Shown here one piece after another: positions 1-19,544 of a stretch of DNA of 64,000 nt (position 1 is its first letter; each line of letters begins with the position of its first letter). This stretch comes from the human T2T-CHM13v2.0 reference genome, Homo sapiens: the NCBI RefSeq assembly GCF_009914755.1, contig NC_060938.1; one strand, 5' to 3'. The notes beneath the pieces were generated by a model, which was given only the letters and a program-made list of their open reading frames with translations, was not told where the DNA came from and ran no database searches. The position numbers were made by a program, and so were the translations under genes.

Positions 1-1612
1 CAGTTCTTGGGGACCCTGCCTGAGGCAGTGGCCATTGTGACCTGACTGATGGGCCCAGGATGCAACTAATGAGCCCGGGCATCCCCACAGCCCCAAACAA
101 GGGCTGAGGAGTCCACAGCTGGGCGTGTGTGTGTCCAAGGGTGACCTGGCCACAGGCCATCATGCATGGCGGGGTCTGTCTGTGGCTCCTCCCTGGCATT
201 TGTCCCTCTCCCCATGGCCGGCTGGCTCCCTCCTTCCTGCACTTTTAGAGTGCACAGCCTCTGGGTGAGACTGGGCCAGCGGTGCTGGGAGAAGCCACCC
301 AGGGTTTTCAGAGAGAGACCAGGCGTGCCTGGCCCTGTGCCTCCCCATCCCCTTGGCCCTCCCAGGTGGCTGGGCACAATGTCCTGCCTGCCATGAAATG
401 TCCCAAACTGACACTGAAGAGGCCTGGCCTGGGATGGCCCCACAATCCTTTAATGGGGTGTATTGCCTTCGCCCCAGGAATGAGCAAGTTTCTTCTGTCA
501 GGGTCAGACCCACAGGTGAGGTGGGTAGAGAGGAACAGAGACCCAGGGGCAGGGGGCAGCCAGAGAAGCAGTGGGGGGGGTCCCCTGGGTGCTGCATAGA
601 CACCCCTTCCCCCACCCCACATACACTCACAGATGAGCCTGCCCTCCCCACTCATCAGGGCAAAGCTGGGCACACATTTGCGAGTCTGGTTGCCAGGTAC
701 CCGCTCAGCTGGCTGGGATCCAGGGCTCAGAGGGCTCATTGGTGGAGGAGAGGAAGCAGCTGTGGCTGGCAGCAGGCCTTACCTTCACAGGAAGGTCACA
801 TGGAGAAGGGCTTTGGAGAGAAAAGTGCCACCTCCCAGTGGTAGCTTTTCTCCTCCCCAGTTTGCTGGGAAATGCTGGCTTCCAGGAAAGCTGTACCAGA
901 ACCTCCTCTTTGCAGCCCACACAGCCCTAAGCCAGCAGGAAACTGAAATGTTTGTCTTCAGGGTCAGAAAACCTACTCAGCAGTACAGTGGGAAGAACTG
1001 AACTAGAGCCAGAAGACCTGGGCTCCAGCCCAGCTGCAAACCCTGTGCACGTCCTTAATAGCTTCATGCCTCTGTTTCCCCATTCTTAAAATGAGAATGC
1101 ATATTCTATCCTAACCTTCCAGGTTTGTTGCAGGGATCCTCCAAGTTCCTGGGTGGGGGCAGGTACGGGAAGTCTCGGATCTTCTTGAAAAGGTAAATCA
1201 ATTCAAGGCTAGCCCATATGGGCACAGAGGGTGTTCACTGCCAAAGTTGCATGGCTGAGGGGACAAGTGGAGCTGAAATTCAGTCTATGTGCCACTTGTC
1301 AGAGCCTACACCCTGTCTTGGGCCCACGTCCACTCAGAGGAAGGGACATCTTTTCCAAATCTGTAGGAAGGAATTTTTATGGTCTAGAGTGAGAACAAGA
1401 CTCAAACCTGGGGGTTGCTGAGCCGTGGGGCTACTTCCAGTTCAATGTGACCAGCAGAAGGCACAGTACTTTACAGGTCCTGCAGAATGGAGGGCGTGTA
1501 ACCAGCCTGGAGCAAGGAAAGAGGGCGTCCTGCAGACAGGGGTGCCTGCGCTAGGTTTTGAAGGATAACAGGTTGGCCAGAGCAGACAGGAACAGAAGAA
1601 CCCCTTCTAGAC

Positions 1613-2129
1613 TATTTGAAGACAATTCTCCATGGGTCGCTTGCATTTCTGCATGTATAGTGAAAAGTCTTTGACAGCTTTTATTCCAGACTGTCTTTTT
1701 AAGAGTACTTGAGTATCTCAGATGATCCAGATAGTTTCTCCCTCCTGGAAAGAGAGCAGATTTTTCCTCCTGACCAGGATAATAAAATCATACCTCTCAC
1801 TTTGGAGAATAGTGTCTCCCTCCAGGGCAAAACGCGGGCAGGAGTGCTAGCAGCCTTCTCTAAACGATTGTTTCCCAAGCTTGAGATTTCTGAGCCGTGA
1901 CGGGTGCTCAGCATCCACCCGGGTCCACCTCTGTGTAACATTCAGCGGACCTGACAGGTAGGAGTCATCAAAGCAAACATGAGGCTCATGCACCCTGCTG
2001 CGCCGTGAGTCATAGAGTCCTTTGCCTTTGACACTGGAGTCTCATATCTGCCAGCACCTATGAGACTGCACAGGCTGCCTTGCTAGCCTGCAAGTGGGTA
2101 AAACCCCAGACTCCTGACAGTTCTTGACA
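1613..2129 (+). mobile_element. Solo LTR, LTR40-like (ERVL)
   Basis: Starts ...gacaattctccatgggtc and ends cagttcttgaca, resembling the recalled LTR40 consensus. Confidence 0.65.
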
Positions 2130-3299
2130 ATGAAGAAGGAAGACAGTGAAAAATCATGGAAAAATTAATAAGACTATGCAGTATGCAGGGGAACCAGCCG
2201 CTTCAAGATGGCTTAAACATAAAGCCTGAGACGAGAAGTGGGAGATGGGCCTGAGTGAGCAGGCTGGACCGGGCCCTGAATGGTCTTGATTGGCAGCAGA
2301 CGGAGTCTGGAAATCCTCCACCCGCATGGAACCGGATTGGAGGGGCGGGTTGAGGCAGGAGAGGCTCTGCTGAATCCTGCCCTGGCACTCTGGCCAGGAG
2401 GGGAGGTCTGAACAGGGAAAGGGGTGTGGGATGGGAGGCAGAGTTAAGTTTGGGAAATGCTGAACATGGAAAATCAGCAGAATGTGGTGGCCGACTGGAA
2501 TGTGTGAAAGGAGAGAAAGGATCCTAGAGAAAACTTCCAGATTTCTGGCTTGGATGCTGTGATGAGGGGCGGTGCTATCAGCTCAGCGAGCGGGGAACGC
2601 AGGCTGGAGGGCAAACAAAATGCATCAGCTTTGGGTGTGTGGAGTGTGAGGGGCACGCAGGACACCACCATGTGGGGTCAACAGGGGCCTCTGTCCCTGT
2701 TAAGGGTCAAATATTCTGCAGAGGGGAGGGCGCTCCTGCCTCCAGGAAGTCCTTTCCTGTCTCATAGCAAGCACCCGGGCCCCACTTCCAGTCCTCCTAG
2801 CTGGCCTGGTGACTGTCTCCCATGAAAGGCTGCAGCCACCGCAGCTGACTTCATGACTTGTCCTGGGTGAAATGCAGTGACCAGTTCTCCTGGGGACAAT
2901 GAAAACATACTACAAAGATGCCCCTAAACAGCTAAAAAAAAATGCAATCTGCTATGTCCAAAAGAGCTAAGAAACATGAAAAAAATTGATACAAGATGTG
3001 TGGTGCAGTGGTGCGTGTCTGTAATCCTAGCTACTTGGGAGTCTGAGGCAGGAGGATCGCCTGAGCCCAGTTCAAGACCAGCCTGGGCCACATAACAAGA
3101 CCCTATCTCAATAACTAATAAATAAATAACGTTAAAGACATGAACAAATAACCTAAATTGGAATTAGGAAAACTTAGAACTTAGATAATAGAACTGAGGA
3201 AAAAATTAGAAAGAAAAGAATCATTTCAGAAATAAAAACTGAGAAGGAACACAATATTATAAAAACACAACTAAAAACGCATTATTTGGAAAAGATGAT

Positions 3300-3975
3300 T
3301 TTTTTTCTTAGTTTCTTATTTTTGTTTATTTATATTTTTAGAGACAGGATCTTGCTCTGTTGCCCACTGCAGCCTCCAACTCCTGGGCTCAAGTGATCTT
3401 CCTGCCTTAGCCTCCCAAGTAGCTCAGACTACAGGTGTGCACCACCATGCCAAGCGAATTCCTTTCTTTGCTTCCTTCCTTCCTTCCTTCTTTCCTTTCT
3501 TTCTTCTTTTTCTTTCTTCTCTTTGTCTCTCCCTCCCTCCCTCTCTCTTTCTCTTTTTCCCTTTCTTTTTCTTTTCTTTCTCTTTCTTTCTCTGTCTTTC
3601 TTCTTTCTTTCTTCTTTTTTTCTCTGTCTCTGCCTCCCTCCCTCTCTCTCCCTGTTTCTCTTTCTTTCTTTCTCTCTTTCTTTCTTTTCCTTCCTTCCTT
3701 CCTTCTTTCCTTCCTTCAAAGCTCCCTGCCTCTCTCCCTCCCTCCCTCCCTCCCTTCCTTCCCTCTCTTCCTTTCTTTCTCTTTCTCGTTCTCTTTCTTC
3801 TTTCTTTCTTCTTTCTTCTTTCTTCTCTCTCTCTCTTTTTCTTTTCTTTTCTTTTTTTCTTTCTTTGGCAGGTCTCACTATGTTGCCCAGACAGGTCTCG
3901 AACTCCTGGCCTCAAGTAATACACCTAATAGGAGGTGAGTAGCTGGGATCATAGACGTGAGTCACCAGGATGGCT
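3300..3975 (-). mobile_element. Old AluJ-type element split by an internal CT-rich expansion
   Basis: Alu right-arm sequence at ~3340-3458 and left-arm sequence at ~3867-3975 flank the pyrimidine tract. Confidence 0.8.
3460..3866. repeat. ~400-bp polypyrimidine/polypurine tract ((CTTT)n/(CCTT)n/(CCCT)n mosaic)
   Basis: Almost exclusively C and T on the + strand. Confidence 0.97.
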
Positions 3976-4006
3976 GATAAAATATTTTTCAATACAAAAG
4001 AAATAG

Positions 4007-6570
<2,564 letters not shown>

Positions 6571-6616
6571 GTGGCTTGATTTTGGACTTCTCAGCTTCCA
6601 GAACTGTGAAAAGTAG

Positions 6617-7020
<404 letters not shown>

Positions 7021-7329
7021 TAGAAAATGGCTTAATACAAGGGATGGAGAGCCCGTTTCTACTGGGGGCCTATGAACTATATGAGGAGGGAAAAGGCCAA
7101 GGCATTGTGACTTATGAAACTGTCATTTATTTGAGAAATGCAACATAGCTGCTTTCAACTTTTAGAACCATGAACATTCAAGCTTCTGTATTTATTAAAT
7201 AAGTATACTCTCATTCTACTTGGGGCACAAACAGAGAGAAGCAGGGTCATTATGGTAGTTAACAGTTCTAGAAGATAGAGGAACAAATTTTTTACTACCT
7301 GTATCTTAAGGCCTTTTAAGATTCTCCCT

Positions 7330-8320
7330 TTAGGAAATGCAAATCAAAACCACAATGTGATACCACCTTACTCCTGCAAGAATGGCCATAATAAAAAAAT
7401 TTTAAAAAATGGATGTTGGTGTGGATGTACTAAAAAGGGAAAACTTTTACACTGCTGGTGGGATGTAAACTAATACAACCACTATGGAGAACAGTGTGAA
7501 GATTGCCTAAAGAACCAAAAGCAGATCTACCATTTGATCCAGCAACCCCACTTCTGGGTATCTATCCAGAGGAAAAAAAGTCATTATACAAAAAAGGTAC
7601 TTGCACACGCATGTTTATAGCAGCACAATTCACAATTGAAAAACTATGGGGCCGGGTGCGATGGCTCATGCCTGTAATCCCAGCACTTTGGGAGGCTGAG
7701 GTAGGTGGATCACTTGAGGTCAGGAGTTCAAGACCAGCCTGGCCAATATGGCGAAACCCCGTCTCTACTAAAAATACAAAAATTAGCTGGGCGTGGTGGC
7801 ACATGCCTGTAATCCCAGCTACTTGGAAGGCTGAGGCAAGAGAATCACTTGAACCCATTGCACTCCAGCCTGGGTGACAGAGTGAGACTCTGTCTCAAAA
7901 AAAAAAAAAAAAAAAAAATCAAACTAGCCCAAATGCCCATCAATTATTGAGTGGGTAAAGAAAATGTATATATATTGTGGAATACTACTTAGCCATTGCT
8001 GCATTCGCAGCAACAGGATGGAATTGGAGACCATTATTCTAAGTGAAGTAACTCAGGAACGGAAACCCAAACAATGTATGTTCTTGCTTATAAGTGGGAG
8101 CTAAGCTATGAGGACGCAGAGGCATAAGAATGATACACTGGACTTTGGGGACTCGAGGGAAAGTGTAGGGGGTGGTGAGGGATAAAAGCCTACACATTGA
8201 TTGGGTAGAGTGTACACTGCTTGGGTGATGGGTGTACCAACATCTCAGAAAGCACCACTGAAGGTGGTAACCCAACACCACCTGTTCCCCAAAAACTTAT
8301 TGAAATGAAAAAATAAAATG
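7330..8320 (+). mobile_element. L1PA/L1PB 3' end interrupted by an Alu (7649-7918)
   Basis: ggaaatgcaaatcaaaaccacaatgtgatacc..., ggatggaattggagaccattattctaagtgaagtaac, A-rich 3' end. Confidence 0.88.
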
Positions 8321-9617
8321 CTGTGCATAATAAATACATAGAATTTTTGTCAATTTTAAAATGAAACAAAATTATCTTATTTTTTTTTAAAAAGATTCTC
8401 CCTTTAAAAACTCTACTTTTCAGTATTTGCTCTCTGGTTTGCCCACTGTTGAGCATTGGCAACAGCAAATTCAGTGTGTTTCTTGTACTTGTTACCTAAA
8501 ACCTCAGAGCTCCCCCAGATGTGTAGGACATTAAAAGTTCTTTATCCCAAAGTCATTTGATTAGCCATATGAGGCCCTCATTGAGAAAGGATAATCTGTA
8601 CTGAAAAGAAATGGGCCCGTTAGAAACAAGAATTTCACCCTTGAATTTGTCACAGACATAACCCTCTCTGCCAGTATCTCACCTTCCAGGCCATAACTCC
8701 AAAGGTTAGAGGAGTCAATCGTTGCTAAACAAGATAGGTACACCTAAAGACAGGTGGTCAGGAGTGGCAGGGTGTGTGAGGGTTATTTTTTTCTTTGCTT
8801 TCTCCCTATCTACCTAAACAGCCATCTAGCTAACATGGCTTTTTTAAAAACAGCTTCATACCACATAATTCCTCCATTCAAAGTGTACAATCACTCCTGT
8901 AATCCCAGCGCTTTGGAAGGCCAAGGTGGGAGGCTCGCTTGAGGCCAGGAGCTCAAGGCTGCAGTGAGCCACGATCGTGCCACTACAGCCTGGGCCACAG
9001 AGCAAGACTCTGTTTCAAAAAAACAAAAGAAGTGTACAATTTGATAACTTTTAGTGTGATCAGAGTTACCTAACCATCACCACCATCAGGTTTTTTTGTT
9101 TTTTGGGTTTTCTTTTTTTTTTTTTGGAGATGCTCTGTTACCCAGCCTGGAGTGCAGTGGCATGATCTCAGTTCACTGCAAACTCCACCTCCCGGGTTCA
9201 AGCAATTTCCGGCTAATTTTTGTATTTTTAGTACAGACAGGATTTCACCATGTTGGCCAGGCTGGTCTTGAACTCCTGACCTCAAGTGATCCACCCGCCT
9301 CGGTCTCCCAAAGTGCTAGGATTACAGGCATGAGCCACCGCACCTGCCCCTCACCATCAGTTTTATAACATTTTCATCACTTCCCAAAGAAACTTCATAC
9401 CCATTAGCAGCTACTCCTCATTCCCCTTATCCCTCATTCCTGGAACTAAGGATTCCAGGGATTTTCTATTTCTAAGGATTTGCCTATTCTGGACATTTCG
9501 TAAAAATGGAATCCTATGTGGTCTTTTGTGGCTGGCCTCTTTCAGTTGGCTTAATGTGTCATGCCCATGCACTTCAGTCCTCTTTATTGCTACACAATAC
9601 TCCATTGCATGGATATC

Positions 9618-10204
9618 CACTAGTCCCCTATATCGATCCAGTTTTACTTTCTGAGGCTTCAGTTACCTGAAGTCAACTGCGGCCTGAAAATATTAAATGG
9701 AAAAATTCCAGAAATACACAATTCTTAAGTTTTCAGTTGCACGTGGCTCTGAGTAGCATGACGGAATCGCGCACCCATCCCACTCTGTGCTGCCTGGGAC
9801 ATGAATCCTCCCTTTGTCCGGGGGCTGCAGGCTGCCCACGCTACTCGCCCGTTAGTCACTTAGGCAGTCTCAGTGGTCAAGGTATCTCAGTGCTTGTGTT
9901 CAAGGCACCCTTGTTTTACTTAGTGATGGCCCCAAAGCTTAAGAGTAGTGATGATTAATATGCCATTGGGATATGCCAAAGAGAAGCCATGAAGTGCTTT
10001 CTTAAAGTGAAAAGGTGAACATTCTTGACTTAGAAAAAAAATCGTATGCTGAGGTTGCTAAGATCTATGCTAAGAACAAATCTCCCATCTGTGAAATCGT
10101 GAAGGAAAAAGAAATGTGTGCACGTTATGTATAGGGTTCCACGGTTTTGGGCATTCACTGGGGGTCTGAGAAGGTATCCCCTGTGGGGTAAGGGGAGACT
10201 ACTG
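9618..10204 (+). mobile_element. MER44-type Tigger (TcMar) DNA transposon
   Basis: Terminal inverted repeats cactagtcccc / ggggagactactg followed by TA; internal gaaaatattaaatggaaaaattccagaaat. Confidence 0.8.
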
Positions 10205-10429
10205 TAGCCAGGGTTACTTTTACACGTTTTTGACAAATCCATCATGAACACCTCCCTGTGTGCGGCGCTGGACCAAGGGGAACACAGAGAAGTCAGGCAG
10301 CCCCTCTGGAGCGGCCCATGGTCTGCAGTGAGACGCCCTTTCCTGCCCCAGTGCCTGGTGTAGGGCAGACCTGACATGTGCTATTAGAGACGCGACAAAA
10401 GTGCAGCTGGACAGGAGACAGTACTTCTG

Positions 10430-11555
<1,126 letters not shown>

Positions 11556-11599
11556 TAGGAGGTGCAGGAGCATCAACCACAAAGTCAGTGTCGGACGTG

Positions 11600-12113
11600 A
11601 ATATTTGGGTTCTGTTATAAATCTTTATTTTTTAAGACTTGAACACCTGCAGAATTAAATACAAAAGCAATCAAAAATCATCATATTTTCTAAAAACAGT
11701 TTTCCATTTGGGGCTTGCGGCCCTCTTCAATAAAATCATTCTGAAGATTTAAAGAGGTTTCAGCTTCAAATTCTCAGAATAAAGACTCCTTTTGAGAGGG
11801 GCTACAGAAGCCCCCATGAGCTTCCTGCTCCTCAAAACTAACAGGCAAAACAACAAACCTCCTAGAAAGCAAATATGACCCTTCTCAATACAGAGCTTTT
11901 CCCACCCTAATTTGTAGTTTTTCAGAAAAGACTGGGGAAGCAGGTAACAGCGAGCAAGTCATCTTGTGAAGAAGGTCCTGGAGCGAGCCCTGGAGCGGGG
12001 GCTCCCCAGGAGGGCCCGAGCAGCGGAGACTTCTCACTCCACCTCTCCAGTCTCTGATCAGCACACAGTCGGTGGGGCGCTCACACTTGGAAAAGCTTCC
12101 AGGAGGCAGCTCT
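11600..12113 (-). other. LGMN: LGMN 3'UTR (3' end approximate)
   Basis: Unique sequence between the stop codon and the poly(A) signal. Confidence 0.85.
11624..11629 (-). terminator. LGMN polyadenylation signal AATAAA
   Basis: tttatt on the + strand; a GU-rich element (minus-strand tttgtggttg, ~11574-11583) lies downstream. Confidence 0.85.
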
Positions 12114-12156
12114 TCAGTAGTGACCAAGGCACACGTGGTCCATGGACAATTTTATC
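12114..12156 (-). CDS. LGMN: LGMN exon 14 coding part with stop codon
   Basis: (R)IKLSMDHVCLGHY then TGA at 12116-12114. Confidence 0.98.
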
Positions 12157-12434
12157 CTGCGAGAGACAGGAAGGAGAACTTGGTGAACCGTGTCAACTCT
12201 GAAGAAAGGCAGACAAACGCAAACCCACATGCGGCAGGCAGGCAGTTATGACAGGCCCGCCCAGCAGCTGTCACTGAGAACGTGGCTTCTGGACCCTGCT
12301 GACAAATGGCTGTAGAGGAAAGCTGGAGGGAGCTCCTGGCAGAAGTGAAAATGCCCACTTGCAGAAGAGGATGGCAGCCCCTTCTGCTTTCAGAATGACA
12401 TCGACCTTTCAAGCGTCACCGCTGCATTAGTTAC

Positions 12435-12502
12435 CTGTGAAGCGGATACGGCTTCTCACAAAGGTTGACCAGCACGTACAAATGTCTCAACGCATACTCG
12501 TA
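12435..12502 (-). CDS. LGMN: LGMN exon 13 (68 nt)
   Basis: [22 protein letters not shown]; cag| and |gtaac. Confidence 0.98.
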
Positions 12503-12920
12503 CTGGGAGAAAACAAACGAGAAGAATGAAACTTCCTCATCTCACCACACAATCCACTCCACTTTTGCAATTGCAGAGGGGAAGCATCTTGACCAGTGGC
12601 TCTTGCCCTATTTTGGTTCATGGATCCTTTCCCAACCTTTAGATAATCTGGTGATATTTATGGACGATCCCTCAGGAAAGAGGCACACATGCCAGGGTTT
12701 GCATGCAAGTTGGGGGGCTGGCGGGGTTCTGCACTCTCAAATCTGAGGGCAGGACTCCTGACAGGGAACTCCCGATGGCTCTGCTCCCCGCCATGGCCTG
12801 GGATCTCCCCGGGAAGTCTGCCTTTTGATTCTGGGAGGGACACGCCAGCGAGGGAGATGGACGGCGTGTGAAAGCCACGCTGGATCACACCAGGGAAGGG
12901 TGAAGCAGCGGGGATGTTTA

Positions 12921-13726
<806 letters not shown>

Positions 13727-14277
13727 TAAAACTTTATTTACAAAAACAGGTTATGGGGGAGAAACAGACCTGTAGGCCAGTTTGCCAACCTTTCTCTAGA
13801 AGGATTGAAGCACCACATGCTACTGACCAGGAGGCTTTTCAGGTGCCTTCCAATTCTACATCTGCAGAAACTCAGTACTTCTCCATGGGCCACACCTGAC
13901 TTCAACTGTCTTGGGAAGAGGTCAGAACAGACTCAGAAGGGAGAAGATGTGTGTGGCTCGTGTGAGGGGTAGAGACGAGGGTGGGGTTTGGCAGGGACAG
14001 CAGAAGTGTGAACACAAGTAACTGTTCTTCAAACTAGAAGTGAGAGCTGTCATCTATGGCTCTGGTAAACTCTCCTACCCACTGGGACAAGAAGAGTGTT
14101 CTGGGGCCAAGATTTAAAATTAGTGAATTTGGACAACCTTCTTCCTCTCTGAAATGAGCCCACTGTTTCTCAGCCTGGATGGAACCTTCTATAAGGTCGT
14201 ACAACCAATGTGACTGCCAGGGGACAATATGAATTCAGCTTCTGGATTCTGGTCATGGGGAGAGCCTGCTGGCTCAC

Positions 14278-14448
14278 CGTGGGGGAGTGCCAGTTGAAGC
14301 AGTGGGTCCGGAAGTGCAGCAGGGCCTCTGGGTAGCAGCTGTGCCCCGTGAGCGGGGCTCTCTCGGACAGGAGCTGCTCCACCTCAGCCTCGGACGCTGC
14401 CAGCAAGGAGACGATCTTACGCACTGACTTCTCAATGAGGTGCCTGGC
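14278..14448 (-). CDS. LGMN: LGMN exon 12 (171 nt; C-terminal LSAM prodomain)
   Basis: [16 protein letters not shown]...[11 protein letters not shown]; cag| and |gtgag. Confidence 0.98.
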
Positions 14449-15161
14449 CTGGGGAGAAACGCGGCCTGTCAGAATGTGCCTCCCTGAATGCGGTCTCTCA
14501 GGGACCCAGGTGCGGTGAGAAGTGCATTCAAAGGCTACTCTCCACACAGCCCTCAGCCTCCCGCAGGTTAGAGGAAATAACAATCAATGTGCTCCGAGAA
14601 AGGCGAGAGATGTCTGTGCCCACTTGTGCGACGGTCAGAAAGACCTGCCTTTTGGGGATCTTCTGGCATGATGCAAACATTTGTATCAAAAAACAACCTT
14701 TGCTGTGGAGAAAGGAGGTGGCAGAACCTGTGCCCCAAAGCAGACGACTGTGCCGTGAGGGTGCTGTGTCCACGGGCACCTCTGCCCATTCAGGAAACTA
14801 TTGAATGGTTACACAGCAGGGCACAGAGGGACTTTTATTTTCTTTCCAGACAATGAAAAACAGCATCATAAAGAAGAAAATGCTTCTACACTACCCTCAC
14901 TCTGGCCAGGCACAGTGGCTCAGGCCTGTACTCCCAGTACTTTTAGGAGGCCGAGGCAGGAGGATCACTTGAGGCCAGCAGTTCCAGACCGGCCTGGGCA
15001 ACACAGGAAGACCCTGCCTCTATTAAAATAAAAATCAAAAAACTAAAAAAAAAAAAAACCTTCACTCTACAAGCAAGCTCTGTCCTACCCGCTCTCCAGC
15101 CAGGGTTTGCTTGCTTCATATCTGAATTCCACAAAGACCCTCCACCCACTGTGTGTTAGAC

Positions 15162-16281
<1,120 letters not shown>

Positions 16282-16420
16282 TGCTATACTGCGTTTGACA
16301 CCAACTAAAAATATGTCCTGGTTAATACGTTTTTCACACACAGGGCACCAATTTTGGAGATAACTAGATATGTGCATTTAAAACAAACCACATTGATTTA
16401 AAAAAAGAATCTTGCCTAGA

Positions 16421-16927
<507 letters not shown>

Positions 16928-17467
16928 CTATGTTTTTCTGAGAACAGCAGAAATTTTTGTGGATTGGATTTTTTTTTTTTTTAAGAGAAGGGGTTTTGCT
17001 AGGTTGCCCAAGCTGACCTCAAAGTCCCAGACTCAAGGAATCCTCCTGCCTCAGCCCCCTAAGTAGCTGGGACTAGAGGCGCACGCCACCGTACCTGTCT
17101 CTGGATTTTTAAAATGAATATGATTAGCTAATAACTTAATAAGCAACAAAATAAAAATATCCTCTAAGCAACAAGGTATAAAAGAGGGAAACACCCATGT
17201 ACATGGCTTCTTGGTACGATACAGGGGAGATAGGCCCCCATTCCACTGCTCCCTACTACCGAAGAGGTCAAGGTTAGTTTACTCATGAAGATGGGAGGCA
17301 ACCACGGCTCCGCCCACCCGCTTCCGTTACATGGAGGACAAAGGCTGGCTTCTGTCCCCCCATACTCCTGTGTGGCAGGGAGCATAGGAGGCAGGGCCGT
17401 GCTCATGCATGCTGCCCACCTGGGCTGGGGACAGCACCTGGGCACAGCTCCTTTCACCACTACTCAC

Positions 17468-17668
17468 ATCCAGATGCCGCTGGATCTCCTCCGTGAGCTG
17501 CCTGGACTCCTCCAGATCATTGGTGTTCATCAGTTTCCTTTTCATGATGGTGAGAGGCACATCAGGGCTGGGGGTGAGGTCAAGGTGTGTGACTGGAGGT
17601 AGGGGGACGGGAGAACTGGCTTTGCGTTTCATACCCTGAAACTGCATCACTTTCATGGTGGAGATTGT
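17468..17668 (-). CDS. LGMN: LGMN exon 11 (201 nt; activation peptide, Asn323 autocleavage site)
   Basis: [20 protein letters not shown]...[25 protein letters not shown]; cag| and |gtgag. Confidence 0.98.
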
Positions 17669-19454
17669 CTGGGGAGACAGACAGCAAGAGAGAGCGAGAG
17701 AGAAAGCGAGAGAGAGTGAGAGAAGGCCAGAGAGAGAGGGAGAGAGAGAGCTGGTTTGAGTGGGAGGAGCAGAGGTGCCCAACATACCCCAAGTCCAGCC
17801 TCTCCCTCAGAGGCTCACATTTACTCCTCATGCTTTCAGGACCACAGGGCCACAGTCACAGTCTGAAAGGCATGGTCACCCCAGCAGTACGCAGGCAATG
17901 CACGGGAGCCCCTGAAATCTACCAGTGAGTGACTCAAAATGCCTGGCATCCTTTGCAGAACTGCTATTCTTTCACCAGACAGCTCTGGTCCAAGCTCTGC
18001 CTGACTGCATCAGCAGTGCCCTTCATATGTAAAAGAATAGCAGTTCTGCTGCAAAGGATGCCAGGCAAAGAATGTCACCTGCAAAGGATGCCGCCTATCC
18101 AGGCGGGTGACCTGTATGTGCTCACTCCCCCGCACTCACCTGCAAGTCCCTAAGGACCAGTAGTGGGAAGGTACAAAGCATCTGCCCAGGTTAGAGCTGA
18201 AGTCTGGGTCCACTGGGAAGGGCAGAGCTAAGGCCACAGAGAGGCCAGGCTGATGCTTGGCATCAAGAGCTACCAAATGGGCACAGCGGCCAGGCTCGAT
18301 TTGGCTGTAGCGGTCACTACAGACTGGCTCCCAATCAGAAGGGAAAATGCTGCAAGCGTTCTCTTCCTAAAGCAAGCAACAATAATCTAACAACAGTTCT
18401 AAAATCAGCAATACCACACACACCAATCTATATAAAAACACAGAGTTTGGAGAAGATCCACCACAACTCCTCAACCAAGATCAGAAATGGCCAATGATGA
18501 GGACACTGTGAAGAGAACGGAAAGCCCAAGGCGGGGCCCCCACATGGCCAGGGCTATGCCACCACTGACCCTGCCTTCTCCGTGTCACCTTTCCCTGGCC
18601 GTCCCTCTGCTCCAACTCTCTCCTACACCTGCTCAAAAGCCTGACCAGGTCATTGTGCCCTGGGTGCAGGTCTCATGTCCCCCATCCCATGCCCTGCTGA
18701 AGGGCTAACCATGGCTGGATTTACTGACTCCAGTTTCTTCTAGAAGGCCAACGTTTGTGCCCAAGGAACAGATCTCAGCTGGCGAGCTCTCCGCTGGGGG
18801 TGGGCTTCTTGGGGGATGGTGAACAATTGGGAGGCCCTGCACATTTGTTATGGTGTTTGCACATCCCAAACGCTAGCCCCAGCAGCTTCACTTAGGGCCC
18901 AAGCTTTTAGCAGCCACTTACTGCAACACCATTTAACCACACAGGTCCCTTCTGGACATATTTGGAGGAGGATAAAATGTCTCCAATTTATAGCCAAAGG
19001 GTAAAGGTAACAACCTGCCATTTGCAAAGGGGCAGGACCCCAGAAAATCCAAGGTGCAGAGTGGCTGTGGGACAATCTACAAACCGTAAAGCAGCAGCTT
19101 TTGAGTCAGTGATCCCTTGCTGCACACTAGGCCTGTGTTTAGCATAAGTAACGCATAGCCCTCTTGCATGCTCCTAGCTACCTTGTACGCTTGGGTTTCA
19201 ACCAATGAGAAAACAAATTCACAGAAGTGAAATCACTTGCCCAAAGTCTCACAACTCTGCAAGTTTGAACCTAGAAAGGTCTGATTCCAAAGCCCACAGG
19301 TCCCCAGGATGGAGTGGCATGAGAGGCAGAGGCATCCCTGCCTCAAGCATTCCTCACTCAGATCCCATGTCTCTTTAGCAAGAGATCAATATTCCAGGCA
19401 AGTCCACCTAGGACACAAGGAACAGAGGGCCAGCACGCGAGGCTCCCGACTCAC

Positions 19455-19544
19455 TTTGTTTCCATACTGCATGACGTGGCTGGTGTTGGTGTGCGATTTT
19501 ACCAGGTGGTACTGCTTGTGCAGGGTCTCTTTAGTCAGATCTTC
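19455..19544 (-). CDS. LGMN: LGMN exon 10 (90 nt)
   Basis: [30 protein letters not shown]; cag| and |gtgag. Confidence 0.98.

Noticed and set aside
66-1001. Overlapping 100-160-aa ORFs at the window start
   Set aside because: GC-rich intergenic sequence; ORFs occur in several frames on both strands with no recognisable homology or splice structure
3424-3942. Long Lys/Arg/Glu-rich and Phe/Leu/Ser-rich ORFs
   Set aside because: Translations of the CT/GA low-complexity tract plus Alu arms; no gene structure
11729-11783. Two + strand AATAAA hexamers within the LGMN 3'UTR
   Set aside because: Antisense to the gene and expected by chance in an AT-rich UTR; no + strand transcript is evident in this window
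17327-17467. 46-codon read-through of exon 11 into intron 11
   Set aside because: No nearby minus-strand poly(A) signal seen; the length is compatible with chance in GC-rich sequence
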